A stretch of DNA of 64,000 nucleotides from Candidatus Undivivens industriae (GCA_012514745.1 JAAYZR010000006.1:37889-101888); one strand, 5' to 3'; positions 26,473 through 36,614 are shown, counted from the first letter of the stretch. Notes: generated from the letters alone by a model not told the origin. A program made the numbers and translations.

Positions 26473-27396
26473 CTATACCGCACAAAGCGCCGAAAAAAGC
26501 TTCTTTAATCCTTCAGCCGACGCGCGTAATTTGCCGCTCTCCGCCGCGTCAAGCTCCAGCTCTATTACCTCCTGCACTCCGGAGCGCCCTATACGGCAAG
26601 GCACTCCTATGCACATACCGCGCAGGCCGTATTCGCCTTCCAGCATAAAAGAAACGCCTCGTATCCTGCGACTGTCCATAGCCACCGCCTTGACCAGGTC
26701 GCATATCGCGGCCGACGGAGCTATATACGCGCTGCCGTTGCCGAAATAAGAAACTATTTCCTGTCCGCGGCCCACCGTGCGTCTGACCGCTTCTTCCACG
26801 GCGTCGGCATCCATTGACGCGCTCAGCGGCTTGCCGTTGACGGTGGTAAAGCGGGGCAGAGGGATCATCCCTTCCCCGTGGCTGCCGATCACGCAGGCGC
26901 CTATGGATGAGACCGGGGCGCCGGCCATCTCCGACAATATATTGGCGAAACGCGAGGCATCCAGGGTCATCCCCATCCCGAAAACCCTGCCGCGGCTGAA
27001 ACCGGTAAGGCGCAACGCCAAGGCCGTCATTAAATCCAACGGGTTCGTGACTATTATGAGCACAGCCCCCGGAGCCGCATCTTTTATTTTTAAACAGGCC
27101 TCTTTCAATATGGCGGCGTTCTTATTCAGGAGGTCCTCACGGGTCATGCCCGGCTTGCGCGCCAGGCCGGCCGTAAAAACCACTATATCGGAACCGTTCA
27201 CGGCAGAGATATCCCCGCTGCCTTCGACTCGGCAATCGTAGCCGAGGACATTCCCGGCGTCGTTGATGTCGGCGGCTTTGCCTTTGGCCAGCCCCTCCGC
27301 TATATCCACGAGCACGACGTCTCCCAGGCGCTCCTGCGCTATGCGCATTGCCGCCGTGCCGCCCACATTCCCCGCGCCTATGACCGATATCTTCAT
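26473..27396 (-). CDS. mdh: Malate dehydrogenase (LDH-like family)
   Basis: MKISVIGAGNVGG Rossmann start. GLARKPGMTR has Arg at the substrate-specificity position (Gln in LDH). Confidence 0.8.
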   Translation of the reverse strand: MKISVIGAGNVGGTAAMRIAQERLGDVVLVDIAEGLAKGKAADINDAGNVLGYDCRVEGSGDISAVNGSDIVVFTAGLARKPGMTREDLLNKNAAILKEACLKIKDAAPGAVLIIVTNPLDLMTALALRLTGFSRGRVFGMGMTLDASRFANILSEMAGAPVSSIGACVIGSHGEGMIPLPRFTTVNGKPLSASMDADAVEEAVRRTVGRGQEIVSYFGNGSAYIAPSAAICDLVKAVAMDSRRIRGVSFMLEGEYGLRGMCIGVPCRIGRSGVQEVIELELDAAESGKLRASAEGLKKLFSALCAV

Positions 27397-27444
27397 AGCG
27401 AAACCCAATGCTTCTTTCTCGATTAACCGCGTGCCGTAAGGGGA

Positions 27445-28533
27445 TTAAGTTTTTTTGAGGGCGGAGATTATCGCGTCCGCCATCTGCGATGTCCCCACGC
27501 TCGACGGATCGTTCCTGTCCGCCTTCAGGTCGTAAGTAACGCTCTTTCCTTCGGCAATCACGAGGCGGACGGCTTTTTCAAGCCTGTCCGCGGCGTTATC
27601 CTCTCCCAGATGCCTGAGCATGAGCACCCCGGAGAGTATCATCGCCGTCGGATTGACTTTGTTCATGCCGGCGTATTTTGGGGCCGAACCGTGCACCGCC
27701 TCGAATACGGCGTATTCTTCCCCGATATTGGCCCCCGGCGCAACGCCCAGCCCGCCTACCAGCCCCGCGGCGAGATCGGAAAGTATATCGCCGTAAAGAT
27801 TGGGCAGGACAAGCACGTCATAATTACGCGGCCTCTGCACCAATTGCATCGACATATTGTCAACTATCGCTTCTTCGAATTCAACGCGCCCTTCGTATTC
27901 TTGCGCGACTTCTCTTGCGGCCCTGAGAAAAAGCCCGTCCGTAAACTTCATTATGTTGGCCTTGTGCACCGCGGTTACTTTCTTGCGGCCGTATTTAAGG
28001 GCGTATTCGAAAGCGTAACGCGCGATGCGCTGCGACGCCGAACGGGAGATGGGTTTGATCGAGATACCGGAGTCGGAACGGATCTTCTTTCCGGATGCTT
28101 CGGAGATACGAGCGATCATCGCCCTGGTTTCCTCTTTGCCTTCCTCGAATTCTATCCCGGCGTAAAGGTCCTCGCTGTTCTCCCTCACTATAACCAGATT
28201 TATGTCGCTGAAGGCGCTGCGCACTCCGGGACAGGAACGGGCCGGCCTCACGCAAGCATAAAGGTCAAGCGCCTGGCGTATGGCGACGTTCACCGAACGG
28301 AAACCGCCGCCGATGGGAGTAATGATAGGCCCTTTCAAGGCCACCTTGTTCTTTTTCACGGAGTCCACCACCGCCTGCGGCAGAAGCTCTCCGAATTTCT
28401 CGAAAGCGGCCTGGCCCGCGATTACAGTCTCCCATTCTATCCGCACCCCGGTGGCCTCTACGCATCTGCGCGCCGCTTCGCTGACTTCCTGTCCTATTCC
28501 GTCGCCGGGTATAAGGGTAACTTTATACTTCAT
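27445..28533 (-). CDS. icd: Isocitrate dehydrogenase, NAD-dependent type (isocitrate/isopropylmalate DH family)
   Basis: [43 protein letters not shown] and HGSAPKYAG closely parallel NAD-IDH (IDH3-like) signatures. Start taken at [14 protein letters not shown] (28533) with an AAAGG RBS. Confidence 0.7.
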   Translation of the reverse strand: MKYKVTLIPGDGIGQEVSEAARRCVEATGVRIEWETVIAGQAAFEKFGELLPQAVVDSVKKNKVALKGPIITPIGGGFRSVNVAIRQALDLYACVRPARSCPGVRSAFSDINLVIVRENSEDLYAGIEFEEGKEETRAMIARISEASGKKIRSDSGISIKPISRSASQRIARYAFEYALKYGRKKVTAVHKANIMKFTDGLFLRAAREVAQEYEGRVEFEEAIVDNMSMQLVQRPRNYDVLVLPNLYGDILSDLAAGLVGGLGVAPGANIGEEYAVFEAVHGSAPKYAGMNKVNPTAMILSGVLMLRHLGEDNAADRLEKAVRLVIAEGKSVTYDLKADRNDPSSVGTSQMADAIISALKKT

Positions 28534-28565
28534 AACGATTGACCTTTCGATATTGATTTCCCGTC

Positions 28566-28620
28566 CAACGGCTACGGTAACCAAAGGAGTTCAAGCTATC
28601 TTTCCTTCCCCCGATGGGGA
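28566..28620 (-). promoter_or_regulatory. Bipartite conserved leader element, copy 2 (same two blocks plus CCCC-GAT-GGGG hairpin) upstream of icd
   Basis: Blocks identical to 5090-5162. Block 1 ends 33 nt before the icd ATG. Confidence 0.4.
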
Positions 28621-28623
28621 TTA

Positions 28624-28657
28624 GTGCGCTGTTCAGTAAGTTTTTTAAACAGCGCAC
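28624..28657 (-). terminator. Perfect 9-bp inverted repeat (GTGCGCTGT-16nt-ACAGCGCAC) between leuD-like and icd
   Basis: Possible terminator or operator. No downstream U-tract on the minus strand, though the loop is U/A-rich. Confidence 0.3.
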
Positions 28658-28778
28658 AGAATCCGCCGCTGAAAAGTCGGCGAGATAGTCTAATTGCGAC
28701 TTTCGATTTTCAAATACCGTAACCGAATGGCGATGAACGATACGGGCGTCGTAACCGTTAGACGCAGAACGGGCATTT

Positions 28779-29279
28779 CTAAACTCTGAATCCCCCGTGT
28801 TTCTTGTAGTAATTGACCAGCCCGCCCTCGCCCAGCAGCGTCTGCATAAAAGCCGGAAAAGGTTTAATCCCGGACTCGCTGTTCTTGGTGAGATTCCTGA
28901 GTATGCCGGCATCAAGGTCTATGCTCAAAGAGTCTTTCTCGTCTATGCCGGAGGTATCGGCCTCTATCAGCGGCAGGCCGATGTTGAAACCGTTTCTGTA
29001 GAATATCCTGGCAAAAGACTTAGCCAGCACGGCGACTATGCCGCTCTCCCTGATTACCAGCGGCGCCTGCTCGCGCGAAGACCCCATACCGAAATTGCTT
29101 CCGGCCACGATCACGGAAACACCCGGTTTGATCTTGGATGGGAAAGCCGGGTCGATATCCTCCATTATGTGCTTCGCCAGCTCTTTCATATCGGTGATGG
29201 CGAACTTATACCTGCCGGAAATGATGAAGTCGGTATTTATGTTGTCGCCTAGTCTAATCGCTTCAGCATTAAACTTCAT
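28779..29279 (-). CDS. leuD: Aconitase-family small subunit (LeuD-like, archaeal-type 3-isopropylmalate/homoaconitate dehydratase small subunit)
   Basis: 166 aa. GDNINTDFIISGRY and SREQAPL motifs of LeuD-type swivel domains. Confidence 0.75.
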   Translation of the reverse strand: MKFNAEAIRLGDNINTDFIISGRYKFAITDMKELAKHIMEDIDPAFPSKIKPGVSVIVAGSNFGMGSSREQAPLVIRESGIVAVLAKSFARIFYRNGFNIGLPLIEADTSGIDEKDSLSIDLDAGILRNLTKNSESGIKPFPAFMQTLLGEGGLVNYYKKHGGFRV

Positions 29280-29354
29280 TATCCCCCCTAATTCCGATTC
29301 TCGATCATCAGAAGTTTATGTAACAATGCAGTGTCGAAAATTCATGTTACACTG

Positions 29355-30404
29355 TTATAATTGCCTGAACTCCTCCGGATTCTTGACCTTAGACAACGCG
29401 GTCTCCAGGCTTATCAGGCCCTTTTGGAAAAGTTCCTTCAGCGACTTATCCATGGTATGCATTCCATGCTGGCTGCCGGTCTGCAGCAGCGTGGGGATCT
29501 GTTCTATTTCCTGTTCGCGCACCAGATTCCTGATGGCCGGGGTTCCGGTAAGAACCTCGGTAGCCACCACTCTGCCTTCGCCGGAAGCCACAGGCAGCAG
29601 AAGCTGCGAGATTACTCCCTGTATACAATCCGACAACTGGAGCCTGACCTGCTGCTGCTGATACGGAGGAAAAACATCTATGATCCTTTGTATGGTCTGG
29701 GGGGCGTCTGGCGTGTGCAAAGTCGCCAGCACAAGATGCCCGGTCTCAGCCGCGGTTAAAGTCGTGGATATCGTCTCCAGGTCGCGCATTTCCCCTACCA
29801 CGATGACGTTGGGATCCTGGCGCAAAGCGTGCTTCAAGGCGTTGGCGAAGGAGTGCGTATCGCTGTAGACCTCGCGCTGTTTGATCACGCTCTTTTTGTT
29901 TTTATGGACGAATTCTATGGGATCTTCTATGCAGACTATATGCGCTTCGCGCTCGTTATTGATCAGGTCGATCATCGCTGCCAGCGTGGTGGTCTTGCCC
30001 ATACCGGTCGGGCCGGTGACCAGCACCAGTCCGTTCGGCCGCCGCGCGAGCTCCATCACAATAGAAGGCAAATTAAGGTCTTCGAAGGTAGGGATCTTCA
30101 GAGGGACGCGGCGGAAAGCCGCTTCCACCGAGTTCTTCTGCATATGGATGTTGACCCTGAAACGGTCCATACCCGGCAGAGAAAGCGAAAAATCCAATTC
30201 CAGTTCTTTCTCGAACATCTCTTTCTGAGAACCGTTCAAGACGGAATAGATCATCTGCTTGGTTTCATGTTTGGTCAGGGAAGAAAGTCCGGTGCGGTAC
30301 AGTTTGCCGTCTATACGCAATATGGGAGGTTCATTCTCGGTAATATGCAGGTCTGAAGCGCGTTTCTCGATACACAACAGAAGGAGCTCATTGATTTCCA
30401 TCAA
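29355..30404 (-). CDS. pilT: Type IV pilus retraction ATPase
   Basis: 349 aa. GPTGMGKTTT Walker A, the Asp box, and His-box motifs of the PilT/PilU family. Confidence 0.85.
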   Translation of the reverse strand: MMEINELLLLCIEKRASDLHITENEPPILRIDGKLYRTGLSSLTKHETKQMIYSVLNGSQKEMFEKELELDFSLSLPGMDRFRVNIHMQKNSVEAAFRRVPLKIPTFEDLNLPSIVMELARRPNGLVLVTGPTGMGKTTTLAAMIDLINNEREAHIVCIEDPIEFVHKNKKSVIKQREVYSDTHSFANALKHALRQDPNVIVVGEMRDLETISTTLTAAETGHLVLATLHTPDAPQTIQRIIDVFPPYQQQQVRLQLSDCIQGVISQLLLPVASGEGRVVATEVLTGTPAIRNLVREQEIEQIPTLLQTGSQHGMHTMDKSLKELFQKGLISLETALSKVKNPEEFRQL

Positions 30405-30415
30405 TTACCTCCGTT

Positions 30416-31672
30416 TCACAAATATTTCCTGGGATCCGCTATCCTGCCCTCCAGGGCGGAAGCAGCCGCCAACGCCGGCGACCCCAGGTAAATGAACGCG
30501 TTAGGATTCCCCATCCTTCCCTTGAAATTACGGTTCGCCGTCGAAATGACTTTTTCGCCGTCGGCCGGTATCCCGTTATGCGTGCCCACGCACGGCCCGC
30601 ATCCCGCAACCACCACCGCGGCCCCGGCGGAGACGAGATCCCCGATGATACCTTCCTTGAGCGCCCGCAGGTATATATCGCGCGAAGCGGGAGCCACAAT
30701 CAACCTGACTCCGGGAGCCGCGCTGCGTTTTTTCAGCACCGCCGCGGCCGCGCGCAGATCGCTTAACCGGCCGTTGGTACAGGTCCCTATGAATGCCTCC
30801 TGTATCTTGACCCCCTTGACCTTTCCCACGGGAACGGCGCTGTCGACGCTATGCGGCAGAGAGACCTGCGGCTCCAGCCTGGAGACGTCGTATTCCAGCA
30901 CCCGCGCGTAACGCGCTCCCTTGTCCGGCGCCAGGCGCCGGATCCTCGAAGCCGGAATTCCCCTGGCCTTAAGCCAGGCTACGGTCACCGCGTCTACCGG
31001 CATCAACCCGGCCTTAGCGCCCATCTCGACCGCCATGTTGGAAATGGTCATCCTGCCGTCCATATCCATGGAATCTATCGCGCTGCCGCAAAACTCCAAC
31101 GCGTTATATGTGGCGCCGTCGGCCTTTATCCTGCCTATTATGTAAAGTACCGCGTCCTTGGCGTAAACGCCCCTGGGCAGTTTTCCGTTCAGGACGACCT
31201 TCAGCGTCTCCGGGACCTTGAACCAGTTCTTCCCGGCCGCAAGCGTCACAGCCAGGTCGGTAGAACCGACGCCGGTCGAAAAGACGCCGAGCGCCCCGTA
31301 TGTGCAGGTGTGCGAGTCGGCCCCCAGTACCAGGTCTCCCGGTAGTATCCACCCGGATTCAGGGATCACCTGGTGACAGACACCGCATCCTATGTCGAAA
31401 ACCGGCTGTTTGAATTCCGTCCCGAAAACGCGCATCTTTTTGTGCACGCGCGAAACGCCCTCCGAGGGAGAGGGAGCGCTGTGGTCTATCACCATGCAGA
31501 ATTTAGTCTTCAGCTTCTTTATGCCCATTTCGCGCACGCGGTCGATTATTATAGACGACGTCCCGTCCTGCCCGAAAGTGAAATCTACCTTGCAGATCGC
31601 GAAGTCTCCGGCTCGCAGATCCCTGCCCGCGTGTTCGCTCAAGATCTTTTCTGCCAGCGTCTTGGGGCTCAT
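30416..31672 (-). CDS. leuC: Aconitase-family large subunit (LeuC-like, archaeal-type)
   Basis: ~418 aa. Fe-S ligands in CTNGRL / GCGPCVG context. The start is probably MSPKTLAEKIL. Confidence 0.75.
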   Translation of the reverse strand: MSPKTLAEKILSEHAGRDLRAGDFAICKVDFTFGQDGTSSIIIDRVREMGIKKLKTKFCMVIDHSAPSPSEGVSRVHKKMRVFGTEFKQPVFDIGCGVCHQVIPESGWILPGDLVLGADSHTCTYGALGVFSTGVGSTDLAVTLAAGKNWFKVPETLKVVLNGKLPRGVYAKDAVLYIIGRIKADGATYNALEFCGSAIDSMDMDGRMTISNMAVEMGAKAGLMPVDAVTVAWLKARGIPASRIRRLAPDKGARYARVLEYDVSRLEPQVSLPHSVDSAVPVGKVKGVKIQEAFIGTCTNGRLSDLRAAAAVLKKRSAAPGVRLIVAPASRDIYLRALKEGIIGDLVSAGAAVVVAGCGPCVGTHNGIPADGEKVISTANRNFKGRMGNPNAFIYLGSPALAAASALEGRIADPRKYL

Positions 31673-32844
31673 AGCGTCTTCACCCATTCTTCTATCCTGT
31701 CCATCCCTTTTTTTATCTGTTCCATCCCGGTAGCGAAACTGAAACGTATGTAATCCACCCTGCCGAATCCTTCTCCGGGTATGACCGCCACGAATTTATC
31801 TTCCAGCAGTTTAGCGGAAAAAACTCCGGAATCCATACCGGTCCCGGAGATATCGCAGAACACGTAGAAAGCGCCCTGCGGCACGACCGGCTTCAGGCCG
31901 GGCATTGAATTCAGTCTGGTCAACATATAATCCCTTCTGCCGGCGTATTCCGCGCGCATATTCTCGGCGAATTTCTCGGGGGCCTTGAGGGCCGCCAGCG
32001 CCGCCTTCTGGCTTATGGAAGAAGGGTTAGAGGTTGTGTGATCCTGTATGCGGCCGATGGCTTCCGCTACGTCGGCCGGAGCGCCCAGGTAACCGATACG
32101 CCAGCCGGTCATGGCGTAGGTCTTGGAAACGCCGTTGATGGTCACCGCCAGATCCTTCATTTCCGGATGCAGGCCGACTATGGAGATATACTTCAGGCCG
32201 TCATAAATGAGTTTCTCGTATATCTCGTCGCTTATCACGAAGATCTTGTTGGCGACGCAGAGTTCCGCTATCGCCAAAAGCTCCTTGCGGTTATATACGG
32301 AACCTGCCGGATTGGAAGGACTGTTCAAAATCAGGACTTTTGTTTTTGGGGAAACGTAGGCGTTCAGTTCTTCGGCGGTGACCCGAAAACCGTTCTCCGG
32401 CGCGGTCTTCACGAAACGGGGCAGCCCGCCGCAAAGATACACCATCTCCGGGTAACTGACCCAGTAAGGCGAAGGAATCAGGACTTCGTCGCCGGGGTCT
32501 ACCAGCGCCATCAGGACGTTGAAGAGAGAATGTTTAGCGCCGCAGGAAACCACCACCTGTTCCGGCTTGTAATCAAGTCCGTTGTCCCTTTTGAATTTCT
32601 CGCTGATCAGTTTCTTGAGTTCGGGTATGCCTGTGCTCGGGGTGTATTTCGTGAAACCGGAATTTATCGCCTCTATCGCGGCGACCTTTATAAAATCGGG
32701 CGTGTCGGCATCGGGCTCTCCGGCGGCAAAGCTGACCACGTCCTTACCCTCGGCCCTCAACTTCCTGGCTTTGGAAGTTATCGCCAACGTGGAAGACGGC
32801 CTTATTTTCTTCAAGCGCTCGGCTATCCTGGTGTCTATGCGCAT
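31669..32844 (-). CDS. aspC: Aspartate/aromatic aminotransferase (class I PLP aminotransferase)
   Basis: 391 aa. NSPSNPAGSVY and SKTYAMTGWRIGY (PLP-lysine) motifs. Confidence 0.8.
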   Translation of the reverse strand: MRIDTRIAERLKKIRPSSTLAITSKARKLRAEGKDVVSFAAGEPDADTPDFIKVAAIEAINSGFTKYTPSTGIPELKKLISEKFKRDNGLDYKPEQVVVSCGAKHSLFNVLMALVDPGDEVLIPSPYWVSYPEMVYLCGGLPRFVKTAPENGFRVTAEELNAYVSPKTKVLILNSPSNPAGSVYNRKELLAIAELCVANKIFVISDEIYEKLIYDGLKYISIVGLHPEMKDLAVTINGVSKTYAMTGWRIGYLGAPADVAEAIGRIQDHTTSNPSSISQKAALAALKAPEKFAENMRAEYAGRRDYMLTRLNSMPGLKPVVPQGAFYVFCDISGTGMDSGVFSAKLLEDKFVAVIPGEGFGRVDYIRFSFATGMEQIKKGMDRIEEWVKTL

Positions 32845-32922
32845 AGTATGAGCCTTACTTGGCGCCGGAGCGACATACGCGCCGGCTGAAGAACAGCCTG
32901 GCTGCCTCCGGCTTACGCCGGC

Positions 32923-33489
32923 TTACGGAGTGGGCTTATCTTTCTTGTTGAATATCCCTTTTATGCCGCCCAGGATCTTCTTTCCGCCCGGTTTAACTTC
33001 TTCCGCTGTGGGATGCTGCCTGGTTCTCTTGGGAGGCTGGGCTTTCGGCTCCTCTTTTATTTTTTCCGCCTCGATGACCGGCGTTTCCTTTTTCGAAGCA
33101 GGACGTTTCACGACCGGCAGCTCTTTTCCTTTGGGAAGCCGCGTAAATTCCAGAAGAACGATCTTCGCATTGTCTCCCCGTCTGTTACCGAGACGCAAAA
33201 TACGGCAATATCCGCCCTGGACATCCTTGAAAAGCGGGCCTATTTCCCCGAAAAGCCGGGAAACCAGTTCATGGGAACAAAGGACACGATAAGCTCGGCG
33301 TTTGGCCGCCAGGGTATTCTCCTTGGCGAGAGTGATCATCTTCTCCGCCTCCGGCCTGACCGCGGCGGCGATGGCTTTAGTAGTTTTTATTCTGCCGCAG
33401 TTTATCAGGTTGCGTATGGTGCCGGCAACGGTGGCTTTTCTCCAACTGGTGAATCTATTCAAACGGCCTTTTTTTAGCTTATGTCTCAT
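32923..33489 (-). CDS. rplQ: 50S ribosomal protein L17 with ~65-aa Lys/Pro-rich C-terminal extension
   Basis: N-terminal 120 aa are canonical L17. The tail is KEEPKAQPPKRTRQHP... Confidence 0.9.
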   Translation of the reverse strand: MRHKLKKGRLNRFTSWRKATVAGTIRNLINCGRIKTTKAIAAAVRPEAEKMITLAKENTLAAKRRAYRVLCSHELVSRLFGEIGPLFKDVQGGYCRILRLGNRRGDNAKIVLLEFTRLPKGKELPVVKRPASKKETPVIEAEKIKEEPKAQPPKRTRQHPTAEEVKPGGKKILGGIKGIFNKKDKPTP

Positions 33490-33549
33490 TTCTTTCCCCT
33501 CTAATTAAGGCGGCTACCGGGAAAACTGCCGCGGGAGTATGTTGTTCAA

Positions 33550-34545
33550 TTACGCCGATTTCTTGAGTTTCTTGGGATCCACCGCCATGCCGAGCGTCAA
33601 ACCCATCCCGGCGAGCAGTTCCTTTATTTCGGTCAGCGATTTCTTGCCGAAATTCTTGAAACCAAGCATATCGTCCTCCGACCTTTTCACGAGATCGGCT
33701 ATTATCTTTATGTTGGCTTCTCTAAGGCAGTTTGAACTGCGCACCGACAATTCGAGTTCGGATATCGGCAGACGCAGTTTCTCGTATAGAGAAACCTCTT
33801 CCTTGGTCATCTCCGGTTCTTCTTCCTCGAGGTCCTCGGGAAGCTGGCCGAAGCTGACGAAGATATCCAGGTGCCTCTGCAGTATGTTCGAGGCGTAAAG
33901 CAGCGCGTCCTTGGGAGAGATAGAACCGTTGGTGGTTATTTCCAGCACCAGCTTGTCGTAATCGGTCTTCTGCCCCACGCGCGTGTTCTCAACGTAGAAA
34001 TTGACGTTCTTGACCGGGGTAAAGATAGAATCCACCGGTATGACGCCGATCGCCTGCTCCTCTTTTTTATTGGTCTCAGCGGGCACGTAACCGCGGCCGC
34101 GGCCCACCTCCAGTTCGGCCTCGAACTTGATATCCTTGGTCAGGGTAGCGATATGCAGGCCGGGATTGACCACGTCTATGGTCTCGTCCGTCTCGATATC
34201 CGCGGCGGTCACGGGGCCCTTGGAATCCTTCCTGATATAAATGGTCTTTGGAATATTGGAATGCGCGCTCAACACCACGCTCTTGAGGTTGAGAATGATC
34301 TCCGTGACGTCCTCCAGCACCCCGGTGATAGCTGAAAACTCATGATTGACGCCGCTGAATTTCACCGAAGTTATCGCGCTTCCCTCGATCGAGGAAAGAA
34401 GCACCCTGCGCAATGAATTGCCGAGCGTCACACCGTATCCTCTTTCGAAAGGCGCGGCGGTAAACTTGCCGTAAGTGCCGGTATAAGTTGTCTCGTCACA
34501 CTCTAAACGTTTCGGTAGTTGAAAATCCTTCCATTTTATGCCCAT
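33550..34545 (-). CDS. rpoA: DNA-directed RNA polymerase subunit alpha
   Basis: 331 aa, canonical NTD/CTD. Confidence 0.95.
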   Translation of the reverse strand: MGIKWKDFQLPKRLECDETTYTGTYGKFTAAPFERGYGVTLGNSLRRVLLSSIEGSAITSVKFSGVNHEFSAITGVLEDVTEIILNLKSVVLSAHSNIPKTIYIRKDSKGPVTAADIETDETIDVVNPGLHIATLTKDIKFEAELEVGRGRGYVPAETNKKEEQAIGVIPVDSIFTPVKNVNFYVENTRVGQKTDYDKLVLEITTNGSISPKDALLYASNILQRHLDIFVSFGQLPEDLEEEEPEMTKEEVSLYEKLRLPISELELSVRSSNCLREANIKIIADLVKRSEDDMLGFKNFGKKSLTEIKELLAGMGLTLGMAVDPKKLKKSA

Positions 34546-34611
34546 TTAGCTCGCTCCTTTGCGACTATGAAGCTCCTCAGGCTAAAGCCCGAAGTCTCTT
34601 TCTCGAATAAC

Positions 34612-34631
34612 CCGGTATCGCAAGATACCGG
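34612..34631 (-). terminator. Perfect hairpin CCGGUAUC-UUGC-GAUACCGG in the rpsD-rpoA spacer (partial terminator/attenuator candidate)
   Basis: 8-bp stem, tetraloop, followed by GUUAUUCG. 172-nt spacer. Confidence 0.3.
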
Positions 34632-34685
34632 AAAATCTCTACTGCCGACGCATAACGGCTTCAACCCCGGGATCCCTGCGGCGCA

Positions 34686-34705
34686 ATTAAGTATTGTGTC
34701 CCCGG
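34686..34705 (-). repeat. 20-nt dispersed repeat copy 3 (reads CCGGGGACACAATACTTAAT on the minus strand), 12 nt after the rpsD stop
   Basis: Identical to copy 1. Opposite orientation relative to the flanking genes compared with copies 1-2. Confidence 0.6.
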
Positions 34706-34717
34706 AATCAAAAAGCT

Positions 34718-35344
34718 TTATTTGGAATATAATTCTACGATCAGTTGTTCCTTTATCGTAGCCTGAATGTCCTCTTTTTCGGGCAGGCGCGCCACGCGTG
34801 CCGTCATCTCCTGCGGGTTGAACTCCAGCCAGGTGGGAACGCTTCTGTCTTTCGCGGCCTCCAGGTTTTCCTTAAGCTTGTTGAGCGCCTTTTCAGACCC
34901 CTTGATCTTTATCATCTCATCTTTGCTGACCTGGTAGGAAGGGATGTTCACCCTGGTCTCGCCCACCCAGACGAAATTATGCCGCACGACCTGCCTGGCC
35001 TGGGCCCTCGAAACGGCAAGCCCCAGCCTGAAAATGACGTTGTCCAGCCTGCGCTCGAGCTGCTGCAGAAGGACTTTACCGGTGACGCCTTTGGTCTTGG
35101 CGGCCTGCTCGAAGTACCTCTTGAACTGGCCTTCCATCATCCCGTACATCCGCTTAACCTTCTGTTTCTCGCGCAGCTGGACGCCGTAATTGGAAAGCTT
35201 AATCCTTCCCTGCCCGTGGTCGCCGGGCGCGTAAGCCCTTTTGGTAAGCGTGCATTTGGGAGAATTACATCTCGCCCCTTTGAGGAAAAGTTTCTCCCCT
35301 TCTCTTCTGCATAACCTGCATACTGCTCCAGTATATCTTGCCAT
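34718..35344 (-). CDS. rpsD: 30S ribosomal protein S4
   Basis: 208 aa, N-terminal Zn-finger CRLCRR..C..C. Confidence 0.95.
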   Translation of the reverse strand: MARYTGAVCRLCRREGEKLFLKGARCNSPKCTLTKRAYAPGDHGQGRIKLSNYGVQLREKQKVKRMYGMMEGQFKRYFEQAAKTKGVTGKVLLQQLERRLDNVIFRLGLAVSRAQARQVVRHNFVWVGETRVNIPSYQVSKDEMIKIKGSEKALNKLKENLEAAKDRSVPTWLEFNPQEMTARVARLPEKEDIQATIKEQLIVELYSK

Positions 35345-35394
35345 CTGAAATATCTCCTCGCGAATCTGCCCGTTTCCGGGCGTTTATGCGCCCC

Positions 35395-35784
35395 TTATAC
35401 CCTGCGCTGTTTTTTCGGACGGCAGCCGTTGTGCGGCATAGGAGTAACGTCCTTTATGGACGTAACCGTCAAACCACCTGCCTGGAGCGCCCTTATGGCC
35501 GATTCCCGGCCGAAACCCGGGCCTTTCACCAGCACTTCCACTTCTTTCATCCCGATCTCTTTAGCTTTTCTCGCCGCGTCCGACGCCGCGACCTGCGCGG
35601 CAAAAGGGGTAGCTTTCTTGGAACCGGAATATCCTACCACGCCGGGGGTCGACCAGACCAGGGCATTGCCCTGTTTATCGGTTATAGTCACCACCGTGTT
35701 GTTAAAGCTGGCCTGAATGTGGGCGATACCGGCAATAATACCTCTGGCGGATTTCTTTTTCTTCGCCTTATCCCTCGTAGACAT
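35395..35784 (-). CDS. rpsK: 30S ribosomal protein S11
   Basis: 129 aa, canonical. Confidence 0.95.
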   Translation of the reverse strand: MSTRDKAKKKKSARGIIAGIAHIQASFNNTVVTITDKQGNALVWSTPGVVGYSGSKKATPFAAQVAASDAARKAKEIGMKEVEVLVKGPGFGRESAIRALQAGGLTVTSIKDVTPMPHNGCRPKKQRRV

Positions 35785-35809
35785 AATACCGCATCCTCCT
35801 CGTTCGTTA

Positions 35810-36211
35810 TTACTTACCGCCGGACTTGCCGGTTGCCGTTTTCTTTATGATCATGCCGCTTCCTTTACGAGGGCCTTTTCTCGTCCTGGCGTTGGTCTTG
35901 GTGCGCTGTCCGCGCACCGGCAGTCCCTTCTTGTGGCGCATGCCTCTCCAACTGCCGATATCCATAAGCCTTTTTACGTTCTGGGAGATATCGCGCCGCA
36001 GGTCGCCTTCGATCTTGTAAGAACTTTTCTGCAGGGCGTTGGTGATGCGCGATATTTCTTCTTCATTAAGCTCCTTAGCTCTCTTCTCCGGGCTGATCCC
36101 CACTTCTTCGAGTATCTTTTTAGCCAGAAAAGGGCCGATACCGTATAAATAGGTCAACGACACGTCTATTCTTTTCTCTTTTGGAATATCTACGCCTATT
36201 ATCCTTGGCAC
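35810..36211 (-). CDS. rpsM: 30S ribosomal protein S13
   Basis: 133 aa, canonical. Confidence 0.95.
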   Translation of the reverse strand: MPRIIGVDIPKEKRIDVSLTYLYGIGPFLAKKILEEVGISPEKRAKELNEEEISRITNALQKSSYKIEGDLRRDISQNVKRLMDIGSWRGMRHKKGLPVRGQRTKTNARTRKGPRKGSGMIIKKTATGKSGGK

Positions 36212-36256
36212 TTCCGTTCTCCTTTCACAAAAGCCGCGAGGGGGCAGAACACCACA

Positions 36257-36370
36257 CTATCCCTGGCGCTGTTTATGCTTGGGATTGGAACACAATACCC
36301 TGACCACACCCCGCCTTTTTATGATCTTGCATTTATCGCAAATCTTTTTCACGGATGACTTGACTTTCAC
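36257..36370 (-). CDS. rpmJ: 50S ribosomal protein L36 (Zn-binding form), GTG start
   Basis: Hand-translated as [47 protein letters not shown]. Not in the ORF track (<60 aa). Confidence 0.8.
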   Translation of the reverse strand: MKVKSSVKKICDKCKIIKRRGVVRVLCSNPKHKQRQG

Positions 36371-36395
36371 TTTTAACCCCCTCTTCAGACGCCTG

Positions 36396-36614
36396 CTATT
36401 TGGACCTGAAAGTTATACGTCCCCGGCTGAGGTCATAAGGAGAAAGCTCCAGCTTGACCTTGTCCCCGGGGAGGATGCGGATAAAATGCATGCGCATTTT
36501 CCCCGAGACGTGGGCGAGCACCATATGCCCATTGTCCAGTTGTACCCTGAACATGGCGTTAGGCAAGGCCTCCTGCACGATCCCTTCAGTCTCTACAAGA
36601 TCTTCTTTAGGCAT
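36396..36614 (-). CDS. infA: Translation initiation factor IF-1
   Basis: 72 aa, S1-like OB fold. Confidence 0.95.
   Translation of the reverse strand: MPKEDLVETEGIVQEALPNAMFRVQLDNGHMVLAHVSGKMRMHFIRILPGDKVKLELSPYDLSRGRITFRSK

Noticed and set aside
3654-34705. Possibility that the 20-nt repeats and the bipartite motif are CRISPR repeats or IS terminal inverted repeats
   Set aside because: There is no regular spacing or array structure, no cas or transposase genes in the window, and the copies are solitary in separate intergenic regions. They are treated as regulatory or REP-like elements instead.
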